Virus record (IMG/VR): IMGVR_UViG_3300007513_000004
Location: 62,001 to 126,000 of that record
Direction: 5' to 3' (one strand)
Length of the DNA stretch: 64,000 nucleotides
The position numbers and the translations under genes are program-made. This document shows positions 10,603 to 19,764 of the stretch, in pieces (the stretch's first letter is position 1; every line of letters begins with the position of its first letter). The notes below the pieces were generated by a model, which searched no databases, had not been told where the DNA came from, and saw only the letters and a program-made list of their open reading frames with translations.

Positions 10603-10979
10603 ACATTTTTATCTTCCCAATCTTTAACCGCAGCTTTGATCGCATCTTCGGCAAGTACAGAACAATGTATCTTGACCGGCGGCAGGCAAAGCTCTTGAGC
10701 AATTACTGAATTCTTAATATCCTTTGCCTCATCTTTGCTCAATCCTTTTACCAACTCTGTTATAAAAGATGAAGATGCAATGGCCGAACCGCAACCAAAA
10801 GTTTTAAACTTGGCATCCTCGATAACACCATTGCTGTTGATCTTTAGCTGAAGCTTCATCACGTCACCACAGGCAGGCGCGCCGACGACTCCTGTTCCGA
10901 CTCCCTCTTCGTCTTTATCAAACGAACCTACATTCTTGGGATTTTCAAAATGATCTATAACCTTATCCGAATAAGACAT
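10575..10979 (-). CDS. iscU: Fe-S cluster scaffold IscU
   Basis: YSDKVIDHFENPKNVG, GAPACGDVM, KTFGCGSAIAS, LPPVKIHCS. Confidence 0.97.
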   Translation of the reverse strand: MSYSDKVIDHFENPKNVGSFDKDEEGVGTGVVGAPACGDVMKLQLKINSNGVIEDAKFKTFGCGSAIASSSFITELVKGLSKDEAKDIKNSVIAQELCLPPVKIHCSVLAEDAIKAAVKDWEDKNVQLSIVATK

Positions 10980-10980
10980 G

Positions 10981-11328
10981 TCACTCCCTCCATAATGCTT
11001 GTATTAAAATAATAGCAATAGATAGCAATAAACATACTGCCGTCTTTGTAGTTATACCCTCTCCCTTTAACAAATATGATATTGCTCCAAAGATTATTGT
11101 TGATACGCCAAAACCCAACATCCTTGCGGACCATAATGAACCTGTAGCCTCTACGGCATAGCGCCAGCCAAAATAGAAAGCCATGGATGTTGGTATGGAG
11201 TACATAAATATAGTCAAGAAAGGATGATCATACCACCACTTCCATAAGAATTGAGAATTAGCTTGAAACCAAGCCAGTGTATTTCCTAAGATAAAAAGTA
11301 TAACTGCAATTATAATGGGCTTATTCAC
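10981..11328 (-). CDS. Four-helix small membrane protein (SMR/DMT-like)
   Basis: About four hydrophobic segments in 115 aa. Confidence 0.6.
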   Translation of the reverse strand: MNKPIIIAVILFILGNTLAWFQANSQFLWKWWYDHPFLTIFMYSIPTSMAFYFGWRYAVEATGSLWSARMLGFGVSTIIFGAISYLLKGEGITTKTAVCLLLSIAIILIQALWRE

Positions 11329-11492
11329 AAGCTTCTCTTCTTAATGATCAACTATTATTATTTATAGTTAAAACGTGATAAATATAATGTACTTTATCAA
11401 CGTACAATAGGTTATGTTATGAAAAAAATTATCTCTTTATTAATATCTGAAATCGATGACGTTAAAGATGATGAAATAGGCTTTGAAAGATA

Positions 11493-11564
11493 ATGGACAA
11501 GCTAAGAAAGTTATCTGTATGGTTAAATACTAATGGTTTTAAAAAAGAATCATTAGTTATATAA
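11493..11564 (+). CDS. Tag-only micro-ORF (23 aa) or tagged-gene remnant
   Basis: MDKLRKLSVWLNTNGFKKESLVI*, matches the helical tag (cf. 8175 ORF IDKINKLSRWLCKNGLEKDA). Confidence 0.5.
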   Translation: MDKLRKLSVWLNTNGFKKESLVI

Positions 11565-11565
11565 A

Positions 11566-11727
11566 ATGATCACTCCGCGAATAAAAACCTATAAGAGTCA
11601 TCAGTTTGGATTGGGTGTAACTTTACATGCGGGATCAAATATGTTTAGAAATAAAGTTGTAAACTTCACCATATATTTTTTATGGTGGGAGTTTTCCGCA
11701 AGCCTTGAGCTCTCTAAACGTTTCTAG
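11566..11727 (+). CDS. Small hypothetical protein (53 aa)
   Basis: MITPRIKTYKSHQFGLGVTLHAG...WWEFSASLELSKRF; starts 1 nt after the micro-ORF stop. Confidence 0.45.
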   Translation: MITPRIKTYKSHQFGLGVTLHAGSNMFRNKVVNFTIYFLWWEFSASLELSKRF

Positions 11728-12476
11728 AGAGCGTCTTCAACCCAGCCTAATATAACGTCTTCGTTCCAACCATTGAGACCGTTGGTCAATACCATGCCTC
11801 TATCAATAACAACAAGTGTTGGCCAAGCAGATATGGGATATCCTGTCATTCCGGTTAAGTCAACAAAGTCTGCTCTATTTCCAGCAAGAACTGGCGAATC
11901 CACTATTCCATATGTAGTCGCCCAATCTTGTATATCCGTTTCGTCAGGGTCATTGCCTTGAGCATCTTCAATCAAAACAGTCACCCATAAAAATCCTTGT
12001 GGGCCATAAGTGTCTTGATGGGTCTGAACATCACCAGCTATGTTTTTGCATACACCGCACCATATGGTTGAGAAGTCTAATACCATTACTGTGTCATAAT
12101 TATCATAGAGAGTAAACGTATCACCATACTGATCTGTAAGAGAGAAGTCGCAAGGGTGGCTGCCTGGCCACTGATCGCAGTCTGTCCACGTTACAGGGGT
12201 TGGGCTACCTCCGTGAATAGAAGACCCTGGATCGTCTCCTGTGCCCGTATCTACGGCGGAATCGTCATCATCTCCCGAGGTGTCCACAGCAGAGTCGTCA
12301 TCATCTCCCGAGTCATCATCTCCCGAGGTGTCCACAGCAGAATCATCGTCGTCAACCACAGTTACCGTATCTTCCGGAACATCAGCAACATCGTCAAGGT
12401 TTTTATCATTTGAGCTTGAAGTGCATCCGGCAAGCATTGCAAACAATATTATAATTATATTTTTTGTATTAATCAT
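11724..12476 (-). CDS. Lipoprotein with DDDDSA low-complexity linker and TlpA/thioredoxin-like domain
   Basis: Lipobox LAGC, GDDDDSA repeats, DFSLTDQYG, WCGVC, AWPT. Confidence 0.85.
   Translation of the reverse strand: MINTKNIIIILFAMLAGCTSSSNDKNLDDVADVPEDTVTVVDDDDSAVDTSGDDDSGDDDDSAVDTSGDDDDSAVDTGTGDDPGSSIHGGSPTPVTWTDCDQWPGSHPCDFSLTDQYGDTFTLYDNYDTVMVLDFSTIWCGVCKNIAGDVQTHQDTYGPQGFLWVTVLIEDAQGNDPDETDIQDWATTYGIVDSPVLAGNRADFVDLTGMTGYPISAWPTLVVIDRGMVLTNGLNGWNEDVILGWVEDAL
12250..12352. repeat. Coding imperfect tandem repeats (GDDDDSAVDTS)
   Basis: Repeated tcatcatctcccgaggtgtccacagcaga units. Confidence 0.8.
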
Positions 12477-12591
12477 TTTATTTAATCCTTCTATTTTAAT
12501 AATACTAAGTGTAAGTATAATTAAAAGTGATTTATAATAAATATATAAAATTATTGACTATTAATGTTAAAGGAATATATAGAGCAATAAA

Positions 12592-13014
12592 ATGTCAAAA
12601 GAAAAACTTACACCCAAAGATGTTCACAAGGCTGCGGATAAAGCAGATATAGTATGGGACGATGATGATAATTTTATGGAAGCATCGCACAAGCTGACCG
12701 AGAAGAAGCATCTCGACGATATGTCGGAAAGTGAATTATCTACAATGATTTGTAAAATAGAAAATGATCCAAAGTATTTCAAAAGACAAGCTCACTTTGC
12801 TCCTGGCAAATTTAATCTAAAAAGTAAAAATGAAAAGGGCGAGCCAGAATTTGATTTCTTTAGAAGAAATCATGATTACGAAGGTGACTACTTGGAAAAA
12901 GTAGAACGTCGCTTAAAGCGTTTGTCTAAAACTTTGAAAAAAAGAAAACATAAGCAAGAGGCGAAAGATCTAGGCTCTATGATCAAAACCTTAAAGCCAA
13001 AGAATAAAAAATGA
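12592..13014 (+). CDS. Hypothetical protein with C-terminal tag variant
   Basis: VERRLKRLSKTLKKRKHKQEAKDLGSMIKTL. Confidence 0.7.
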   Translation: MSKEKLTPKDVHKAADKADIVWDDDDNFMEASHKLTEKKHLDDMSESELSTMICKIENDPKYFKRQAHFAPGKFNLKSKNEKGEPEFDFFRRNHDYEGDYLEKVERRLKRLSKTLKKRKHKQEAKDLGSMIKTLKPKNKK

Positions 13015-13084
13015 TATTTATGCCTACTAATAAAATAAATCAATATGATAACGAGATAGTATGATGAGCACACCAAAGGACTTA

Positions 13085-13222
13085 ATGAAATCTACATTTG
13101 CAAAATGGAAAGATTTGGCAATGCTAAATGGAGACCTAGAAGACTATGTTTTATTTACTATTGCCAAACTATGTTCATTCGCACTAGGACTAGGCGCTGG
13201 ATATTGGATATGGGGAGTGTAA
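13085..13222 (+). CDS. Small membrane protein (45 aa)
   Basis: MKSTFAKWKDLAMLNGDLEDYVLFTIAKLCSFALGLGAGYWIWGV*, with a GGA RBS upstream. Confidence 0.5.
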   Translation: MKSTFAKWKDLAMLNGDLEDYVLFTIAKLCSFALGLGAGYWIWGV

Positions 13223-13223
13223 A

Positions 13224-13640
13224 GTGAATAGACTACAAAAAATTTCCAAACTACAGAAGCTTGCAATGCACGACGATCCGGACAAGCAGGTTCAACAAAA
13301 CATATTTGATGCATTAGTTGCAAGCGGACTGCCTGAAGAAATGGCCGCAACGGTTGTTTCAAATATTGGCCGCATGGACATGAGGGATCTATGGAAGAAG
13401 CTCAAGCCAGAACGGGAAGAGCAGGAAGAGCATCGCGATCCGTATGGCTGGAAGCATTCTTGTGGAGAATCTTTTCACCAACTTGATAGCCCTGGAGATC
13501 CCTGCCCAAGCTGCGGAGTAAGCGGCGGCGAAGACGACGAAGGCAGTGGCTGGACCTGGTTTGATGAAGACGATGAAACATGGGAAAAGCGATCAAGAAT
13601 TAATAAGGTAAATCAATTATTAAAAACCGCTAGAAAATGA
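13224..13640 (+). CDS. Small zinc-ribbon protein with short tags at both ends
   Basis: MNRLQKISKLQKLA...HSCG...CPSCG...KRSRINKVNQLLKTARK. Confidence 0.7.
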   Translation: MNRLQKISKLQKLAMHDDPDKQVQQNIFDALVASGLPEEMAATVVSNIGRMDMRDLWKKLKPEREEQEEHRDPYGWKHSCGESFHQLDSPGDPCPSCGVSGGEDDEGSGWTWFDEDDETWEKRSRINKVNQLLKTARK

Positions 13641-13942
13641 TAAATCTTTTTGCCATATCTGCGGTCTTCTTCTCAACACCCTCTTTCGCCTCTGATATGA
13701 CAGGCAAACAAATCTATAAAACATATTGCGCAGGATGTCATGGCGACGAAGGTCAAGGCAGCGGAATGTGTCCAAGCTTTGTTGAAGACAAAACAAGACT
13801 GGCAAAGTCTGATGAAGAATTATTATTATCTATAAAGAATGGCAAGGGGATGATGCCAGCATATAGTTGGTTATTTGAAGACGAAGATATCTTAAAGGTA
13901 GTTAAATATTTACGCGATACCTTTGAGGAAGAAGCTAAATAG
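13637..13942 (+). CDS. Class I cytochrome c (c6/c553-like)
   Basis: Signal peptide, GKQIY..YCAGCHG haem motif, GKGMMPAY axial Met. Confidence 0.92.
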   Translation: MINLFAISAVFFSTPSFASDMTGKQIYKTYCAGCHGDEGQGSGMCPSFVEDKTRLAKSDEELLLSIKNGKGMMPAYSWLFEDEDILKVVKYLRDTFEEEAK

Positions 13943-16900
13943 CAAATTTGCTAAGCATCCAAAGCTTTCTAGCCCTAGCTCTCTTTTCCTCTTCTGAATC
14001 ATCCAAAGGCTCTGACCTCCACACCGTATCTTCCCGGGACTCCTCAGAGACTCCCAGCTTCTCTTCTTGCGGCTCTTGCTCTAGAACCCTTTGGACATCA
14101 GGCTCTTCCATATCAAGTTCTGGTTCATTTAAATCTTCGTAATATTCGCTCATATAATCTTTAGATAACTGCTGCTCTACCTCTTCTTCATCATAAGGAA
14201 CGGGTTTCCAAGGGCCATCATAGCTTGTGCGTTCCCATTGATCTCTTAGGCTAAATCCTTTTTTAAAAAATTCATCATATCCAAGCCCTGTTCGCTTGGG
14301 CCAAATGTTTTTCATTTGTTCAATATAATTTTCGACATCTGCTTCTTGAATCGCAGCCTCTTCGCCCATCTCATTAAATGTCGAAATAGACCAGTACATA
14401 AATCCATAAATAAACTCTGCAAAAACTTCCTCTTTAGCTTTCGGATTTTCTCCACCTAATTTTGTCAACTCCTCTTTTAAGAATTCTATAAACTCTTCGT
14501 CTTTAAAGACGAGGCTTTCCGGATAGTCAGGATCATTGTAATAATATTTAGCCAAAAGCTTATCAACATCGGCTCTGGGGCCGAAGATATTCCATAATGA
14601 CATTTTCTTTTCTTCAAGTTCTTTTTCGTATATCTCTTTAATTGCTGGAAACAAAGACTTGCTAACCTCTTCAATTGCACGAGATAACTTTTCGCTATAA
14701 GAAGAGTTAGGCTTATGCCATCCAAAGTTAATATACATTCTCAAAACCCCTATATGTTTAAGGACCTGATCATTGTAGTTATCTGGATTAAGATTATTTT
14801 CAATCGTATTTTTAATATATTCCTTTAATTTAACTGCCAATGTATAATTAACCTTCCCAAATAGACGAATAAACTTTGGAAGATCCTCTAGCTCGGAATG
14901 CAAATCATGCTTTCTTATCAAATGAAGCATTCTAACTGAGTGCTTAAGGTCCCATATCATATTCCCCAAAACATGCATTTGCAAGTGCCGGGTCGGATGT
15001 CGTTCTTCGTTTAATTTTTGCAAAGAACTAAAAAGAGATCGCCATCTATCTTGAAGAGTATTTTTAATTATAAATTTATATAACTCTGGAAAGTTTTTTC
15101 TTGATGTTGCTTTTCTCAAGAAAGCACTAGTAGCATAATCATCTTTTAAGTCTTCTTTTTTAGCTACATCAACAATAGCCTCTCTCATATCATGGGTCAA
15201 TTCATCAGGAACTAGGCCCTCTGTTTCTTTTATTAATCTGGGGAAAAAGCTAAATATAGACCAAGAGTTAATATTGCCACGAACATCTGGAAGAGTCATT
15301 GTTCCATGGCCATATCTTTCTGGATTTTCCTTTTTTCTAGAAACTTGAGAATTTCGTTCAACATCACGGCGACCAGCATAAGTTCTAAAAAGATCCGTAG
15401 ATTTAATAGCTCTTATTGTAGTTTCTAAAAATAATGGATTTTTATAAAAAAGCCTATTTCTCAAGTAATTAGAACCATAACGAGAACCATAACGCGAAGA
15501 TAATGTATCGTTTAAATATAAATTTGCTATCCTCTTTTTTGTTTCATCAGATACCCCCTTCAGCCTTACGATCCTATTCCATTCAGGAACTACTTGCATA
15601 TGCTTTGTTCCATCAAAATTATCAACTATATTTTTTGCAACAGAATCTGTTAAGTGCTTATATTCCTTTGTCATATGCAAACCAAGACGAAAAAATGAAC
15701 CTGGATCCGTCCTCACCCCTTGTTCGGGCTCAGCCCCGCTGGAAGGATCGACGTTAAATTCATCCGCACTCGCCGGAAGCTCATCTGACCCACCTCCCCG
15801 AGATCCAGCCTCAAGATCATCCTCAGGCTGGTCGTCGTCCTCCCTCTTTAATGAGTCGGGCTCTTCTAATTCTTTTTCTATATTGCTAACAGCTTCATCA
15901 ACTATTCTTTTAAATATTCCACCCCTTCTATACAGCCTGCTGTCTACAGCTCCTTTTACAATTTCAGGGAAAGAATAAGGCGATCCAGAATGTGCGTCCA
16001 ATCCTCCAAAGTTTTCAGCAATACTTTCTGCTAAATCTGGATATTTTTTCAAAATATAAGAATTCTTAAACAAAGACATGATCATCCAATCATTCCCGCC
16101 AGACTCGTTACTGTTCCACCCCAAGCTCCTATCGTCTAACAAAATCTTTTCTGACATTCCTACAATTTTATGTACAGCGGTTTCTTCTCTTTTTTTGATC
16201 ATATCCATTATATTGTCATCAAAGACTTTCCCTCTCCAATTATGTTTTGGATTTAGATAATCAATTATCTTATTTGGACGCATCTCTGTAAGGTTGTCAA
16301 CAGCCTCTTCATGGGCTTCTGAGAAGGCTGTGCTAGAATAAGTCTTTGGAAGATTGTTGAGCAAGTATAATTCAGGATAATCTCTTGCAATATCATCAAG
16401 ATGTTTGGCAAACTCATTTGAGTATACATGATGAACTCGCTCCTTTAAGAGTACGCTTAACAAATAGCGATCATTATTGTGCTCTTTCCCTCTGTATTCA
16501 GAAAATATAAATTTCAAAGTATTTATCAGCTCTGGCTTAAACTCCTCCCTATAACCTCTAAACCATCCTTTTCTTATAAAATCAGCACGACTTTTATTCC
16601 AAACCTCCTTGGCTTCTTTCCAGGAGGTTGGTGGCATCCTGTTATAATCTGTTTGACCCAAGTGCGAAAAGCTATAGCCGCCTTCCTTTAGCCATTCTTT
16701 TATCATTTTTGAATTTGGAATAGAAACGGAAGAGGCGTGATTGCCCGGGCCCTTTATCTCCTTTACAGCATTTCTCTCTATCCTTATACAAGCACCCGCC
16801 TTTCCATTTGGAGATCTTATAGAATAAATCTCACCCTGTTCATCATTTGAATATAAACCCTGCCGAAGACAAAGGCCTAGCTTTTGTCCAAGCTTTTTTC

Positions 16901-17492
16901 TTGCAACTGGATCTACAGACGCAATAGGTTCATAAACAATTTTGCTGCCATTGCTAAAAGAGTATATCACCTTTTTCTCTGCCTCTGAGGCTGCAACAAC
17001 AGGGCCGGCAGGAGCATCGTGCCACTCTTTAGACGCCATCAAAGCATATTCCAAATCGAGATCTGCCAAAACTATAGCCTCACCCTCTGGCCACCCAGAG
17101 CCCAAGAGCCAATCCTTTATCATGGCTATGTCATTTACATCTGGGTATTGCCTATCACTGGCTTTATTAAGCTCTGTCGCTAACCATTTAATAAACTCTT
17201 TTCTATTTGCTGGAATTAAATCTTCATCTATATTATTTCGAACAAACTCTATTGCTTTTGAAGAAAAGTAAGGACCATTCGCAGCCAATTGATTAAGCAT
17301 TCTATAATACTCTCTAGGCTCTTCTCCTTCTTTCTTTGGAAACTCTTTCCTCAAAGCACCTAGGTTGATTCCAGATAAATATTTAGCATCTCTTTCTGCT
17401 GCAGTCTTTATTAAATCTTCTAAATATAAAAACTCAGTATCATGAGATTCTTTTTGCAAGTAACTTGCTAATTTTAACAAACAGTCTTTCAT
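13935..17492 (-). CDS. 1185-aa tagged protein with PcfJ-like domain and helical repeats
   Basis: N-terminal tag MKDCLLKLASYLQKESHDTEFLYLEDLIKTA; SKEWH...LGQKLGLCL...IYSIRSPNGK...KEIKGPGN resembles PcfJ-like; C-terminal KRARARKLWMLSKFA. Confidence 0.7.
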   Translation of the reverse strand: MKDCLLKLASYLQKESHDTEFLYLEDLIKTAAERDAKYLSGINLGALRKEFPKKEGEEPREYYRMLNQLAANGPYFSSKAIEFVRNNIDEDLIPANRKEFIKWLATELNKASDRQYPDVNDIAMIKDWLLGSGWPEGEAIVLADLDLEYALMASKEWHDAPAGPVVAASEAEKKVIYSFSNGSKIVYEPIASVDPVARKKLGQKLGLCLRQGLYSNDEQGEIYSIRSPNGKAGACIRIERNAVKEIKGPGNHASSVSIPNSKMIKEWLKEGGYSFSHLGQTDYNRMPPTSWKEAKEVWNKSRADFIRKGWFRGYREEFKPELINTLKFIFSEYRGKEHNNDRYLLSVLLKERVHHVYSNEFAKHLDDIARDYPELYLLNNLPKTYSSTAFSEAHEEAVDNLTEMRPNKIIDYLNPKHNWRGKVFDDNIMDMIKKREETAVHKIVGMSEKILLDDRSLGWNSNESGGNDWMIMSLFKNSYILKKYPDLAESIAENFGGLDAHSGSPYSFPEIVKGAVDSRLYRRGGIFKRIVDEAVSNIEKELEEPDSLKREDDDQPEDDLEAGSRGGGSDELPASADEFNVDPSSGAEPEQGVRTDPGSFFRLGLHMTKEYKHLTDSVAKNIVDNFDGTKHMQVVPEWNRIVRLKGVSDETKKRIANLYLNDTLSSRYGSRYGSNYLRNRLFYKNPLFLETTIRAIKSTDLFRTYAGRRDVERNSQVSRKKENPERYGHGTMTLPDVRGNINSWSIFSFFPRLIKETEGLVPDELTHDMREAIVDVAKKEDLKDDYATSAFLRKATSRKNFPELYKFIIKNTLQDRWRSLFSSLQKLNEERHPTRHLQMHVLGNMIWDLKHSVRMLHLIRKHDLHSELEDLPKFIRLFGKVNYTLAVKLKEYIKNTIENNLNPDNYNDQVLKHIGVLRMYINFGWHKPNSSYSEKLSRAIEEVSKSLFPAIKEIYEKELEEKKMSLWNIFGPRADVDKLLAKYYYNDPDYPESLVFKDEEFIEFLKEELTKLGGENPKAKEEVFAEFIYGFMYWSISTFNEMGEEAAIQEADVENYIEQMKNIWPKRTGLGYDEFFKKGFSLRDQWERTSYDGPWKPVPYDEEEVEQQLSKDYMSEYYEDLNEPELDMEEPDVQRVLEQEPQEEKLGVSEESREDTVWRSEPLDDSEEEKRARARKLWMLSKFAI

Positions 17493-17500
17493 CTAAACCT

Positions 17501-18514
17501 CTAGATATAATCTTGCAAATCTTCATAGCCTTGACCATAGCGTTTTTCCTCAAGCCTTTCTAGATCACCAGAGGTTCCTACTGGCTCTTCTTTTTCATAA
17601 GAGGAGGTATCGCCGTATAAGGGCACCTCTTCTGGAACGGAAAAGCTTTCGTCTTCAAAAAGCTGTCTTTGATCATCTGGAATAGAGTCTAAAAACTCTT
17701 CCCACTCTTCATAGATAGTGCTCATTGAACCACTTAAGTTTGGAAGGTCTGTTTTTATTTTATTTAATAAATCTTCAAACTCCAAATCTTCTAATGACTC
17801 AAGATTTGGTTCCCGGTACTCAACCCATTCAGAAAACTTTTTAGCGATTTCATCCCTTACCTCTAATACCTCACCTCTTCCTGGACGCTCTGTTTGACGA
17901 TTTAAATCTTCATTTTGATAATCCTGCAAAGAAATAAGATTATTATCAAAATCATGATGGCCTTCGGGAGTTAATCCCGATGCTGCCCACAAAACCTCTG
18001 AAGCTTCATCCATATTTAAGTCCTCCAAAGAAGCTAATCCGTCATCCATTAATTGCGCAAATTGCTTTTCTAGATCGGAAAAACCAAGCTCAAAGATAGA
18101 CTCTCTAAAGTCTGTATCGTAATTCCAATCAACAAAGTTTTCAGAATATTCTTCGGCAAGAGTGTTTAAAGCCTCTCTTTTTAGCTTTTCTTTTAATTCA
18201 TTTCCATCATCTAAGATTGAAATATTTGCTAGCTTTAGAACTTCATAGCTTTCTTTTCTAAAATTATTCTTTTTAAGAAAAGAACTAAGCTTTGTCAACC
18301 TAGCCTTTGGGCAGGAAGCTTCATTAACTCTTACTTCAAGATTGGGAGCCTCTTCATCTTTTAAGTCAAACTTGTCGGTTATATCCCTTGCCTCATCTTC
18401 TACAAAGTCTTCTAAAAAATCCTCTGCAAAATCCTCTGCAAAATCCTCCAAGTTATCTTCTAGTGCATTAATTTTTTCTAATTTATCATACATTTTGCAC
18501 TCATATTGCACCAT
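17501..18514 (-). CDS. Highly acidic protein with internal tag
   Basis: VNEASCPKARLTKLSSFLKKNNFRKESYEVLKLAN embedded in a D/E-rich sequence. Confidence 0.75.
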   Translation of the reverse strand: MVQYECKMYDKLEKINALEDNLEDFAEDFAEDFLEDFVEDEARDITDKFDLKDEEAPNLEVRVNEASCPKARLTKLSSFLKKNNFRKESYEVLKLANISILDDGNELKEKLKREALNTLAEEYSENFVDWNYDTDFRESIFELGFSDLEKQFAQLMDDGLASLEDLNMDEASEVLWAASGLTPEGHHDFDNNLISLQDYQNEDLNRQTERPGRGEVLEVRDEIAKKFSEWVEYREPNLESLEDLEFEDLLNKIKTDLPNLSGSMSTIYEEWEEFLDSIPDDQRQLFEDESFSVPEEVPLYGDTSSYEKEEPVGTSGDLERLEEKRYGQGYEDLQDYI

Positions 18515-19167
18515 TAATCGTCTAAAAGATCTTCAAATCGATTTACATATTTGTAAGAAGCATTTACGGTTAATTCTCCAGAAGTATTTCCTATATTTTC
18601 CAATGTTTGCGTTACGTTTACTCCGCCTCGGCCACTATATCGTCCGCCAACATCCTCTGGGTCTTCTGGATCCTCAGGGTCTAGAGGTTCGGGATCAGGG
18701 CATGGTGGGCAAGGGCCAGAATGATCTAGGTTGTTCACAAGAGCCTTTAGGCTGTCTAGCCCTTGATGCATAGAGAGAAGATTTGATGTAACTTTTTCAT
18801 GAATTTCTTCATCTTCAATTACCGGCTGCGGACCTGCCATGCCAACAAGGGGCGGCTCAGCAGCGGCACCCGGCCGATGCAGTGCCTGAAAAACCACCTC
18901 TCCCAAATCATCTATATCTTGTATGGCTGCCAATATAGCTGCAATATCACTAGTTGTTTCTGAAGATGTTCCACCTTTATCCGTTAAATCATCTGGCTCC
19001 GTACCTGAGTCTGGCTCCGTACCTGAGTCTGGCTCATCTGGAAATATTTTAGTCTCCTCACCTTCTGCTGTTTTGCTTATAATCATATCCACAGTATTTG
19101 CCTCTGCAGTCATGCCTGCTCTGTCAAGTTTATCTGCCAACCATATTAATTCTATTTTTGCATTCAT
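18514..19167 (-). CDS. Acidic, low-complexity tagged protein
   Basis: MNAKIELIWLADKLDRAGMTAEANTVDMIISKTA; EPDSGT repeats; PCPPCP. Confidence 0.75.
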   Translation of the reverse strand: MNAKIELIWLADKLDRAGMTAEANTVDMIISKTAEGEETKIFPDEPDSGTEPDSGTEPDDLTDKGGTSSETTSDIAAILAAIQDIDDLGEVVFQALHRPGAAAEPPLVGMAGPQPVIEDEEIHEKVTSNLLSMHQGLDSLKALVNNLDHSGPCPPCPDPEPLDPEDPEDPEDVGGRYSGRGGVNVTQTLENIGNTSGELTVNASYKYVNRFEDLLDD

Positions 19168-19188
19168 AATATTAATCCCTATATTGTT

Positions 19189-19725
19189 TTAATCTTTTTT
19201 ATTATCAACATGATCAGAGATAGCCTCTACATGCATGCCTAAAAATCCAAAATCATCTGAAAGATCAGAATCTAATTTTTGCGAAAGAACCCCAGCCTTA
19301 TATGCTATATTATGCGAAAGCTCAAGAGCTTTTTTCAACTCATCTTGTGTTGCAGATTTTTCTTTAAGAATTTCCTTTTCCAAACCAAGTAGTTCATCAG
19401 TTTCCCCAAGAGCCTCCAAGGCTATATCTATAGAGTCCTCATCTACTCCGTCATTCTTTACTTCTTCTCTAAGCATTTTAAAAGCCTTAACCGCTCCAGG
19501 ACATATGTCAAAATGCTCCGTACTTTCTCCATTAAACTCTACTTGCTCGTCTTCTTCTGGAGCATCTTCTTCTGGAGCATCTTCCTCTGGAGCGTCCCCA
19601 CTTACGCCTTCCAGGCCATTAACCAACTTTGTTAATGTAGCCATAATATCATCAACCTTTCCAGCTTCTTTGATCAAGCCTCTTTGGTCTAATTCATTTG
19701 CTAAATTTATAAGTTTTTCTAACAT
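19189..19725 (-). CDS. Acidic tagged protein
   Basis: MLEKLINLANELDQRGLIKEAGKVDDIM; EEDAP repeats; FDICPGA. Confidence 0.8.
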   Translation of the reverse strand: MLEKLINLANELDQRGLIKEAGKVDDIMATLTKLVNGLEGVSGDAPEEDAPEEDAPEEDEQVEFNGESTEHFDICPGAVKAFKMLREEVKNDGVDEDSIDIALEALGETDELLGLEKEILKEKSATQDELKKALELSHNIAYKAGVLSQKLDSDLSDDFGFLGMHVEAISDHVDNKKD

Positions 19726-19752
19726 AATTAAAGTCTCTATTTTCTATAAAAA

Positions 19753-19759
19753 TTATTAG
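19753..19759 (-). promoter_or_regulatory. Candidate phage (late) promoter motif CTAATAA (representative copy)
   Basis: CTAWTWW recurs 28-35 nt upstream of starts at 3423, 12592, 19725, 20553, 32754, 36015, 40409, 41887, 47161, 51139, 61430 and 62263. Confidence 0.55.
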
Positions 19760-19764
19760 TATTT

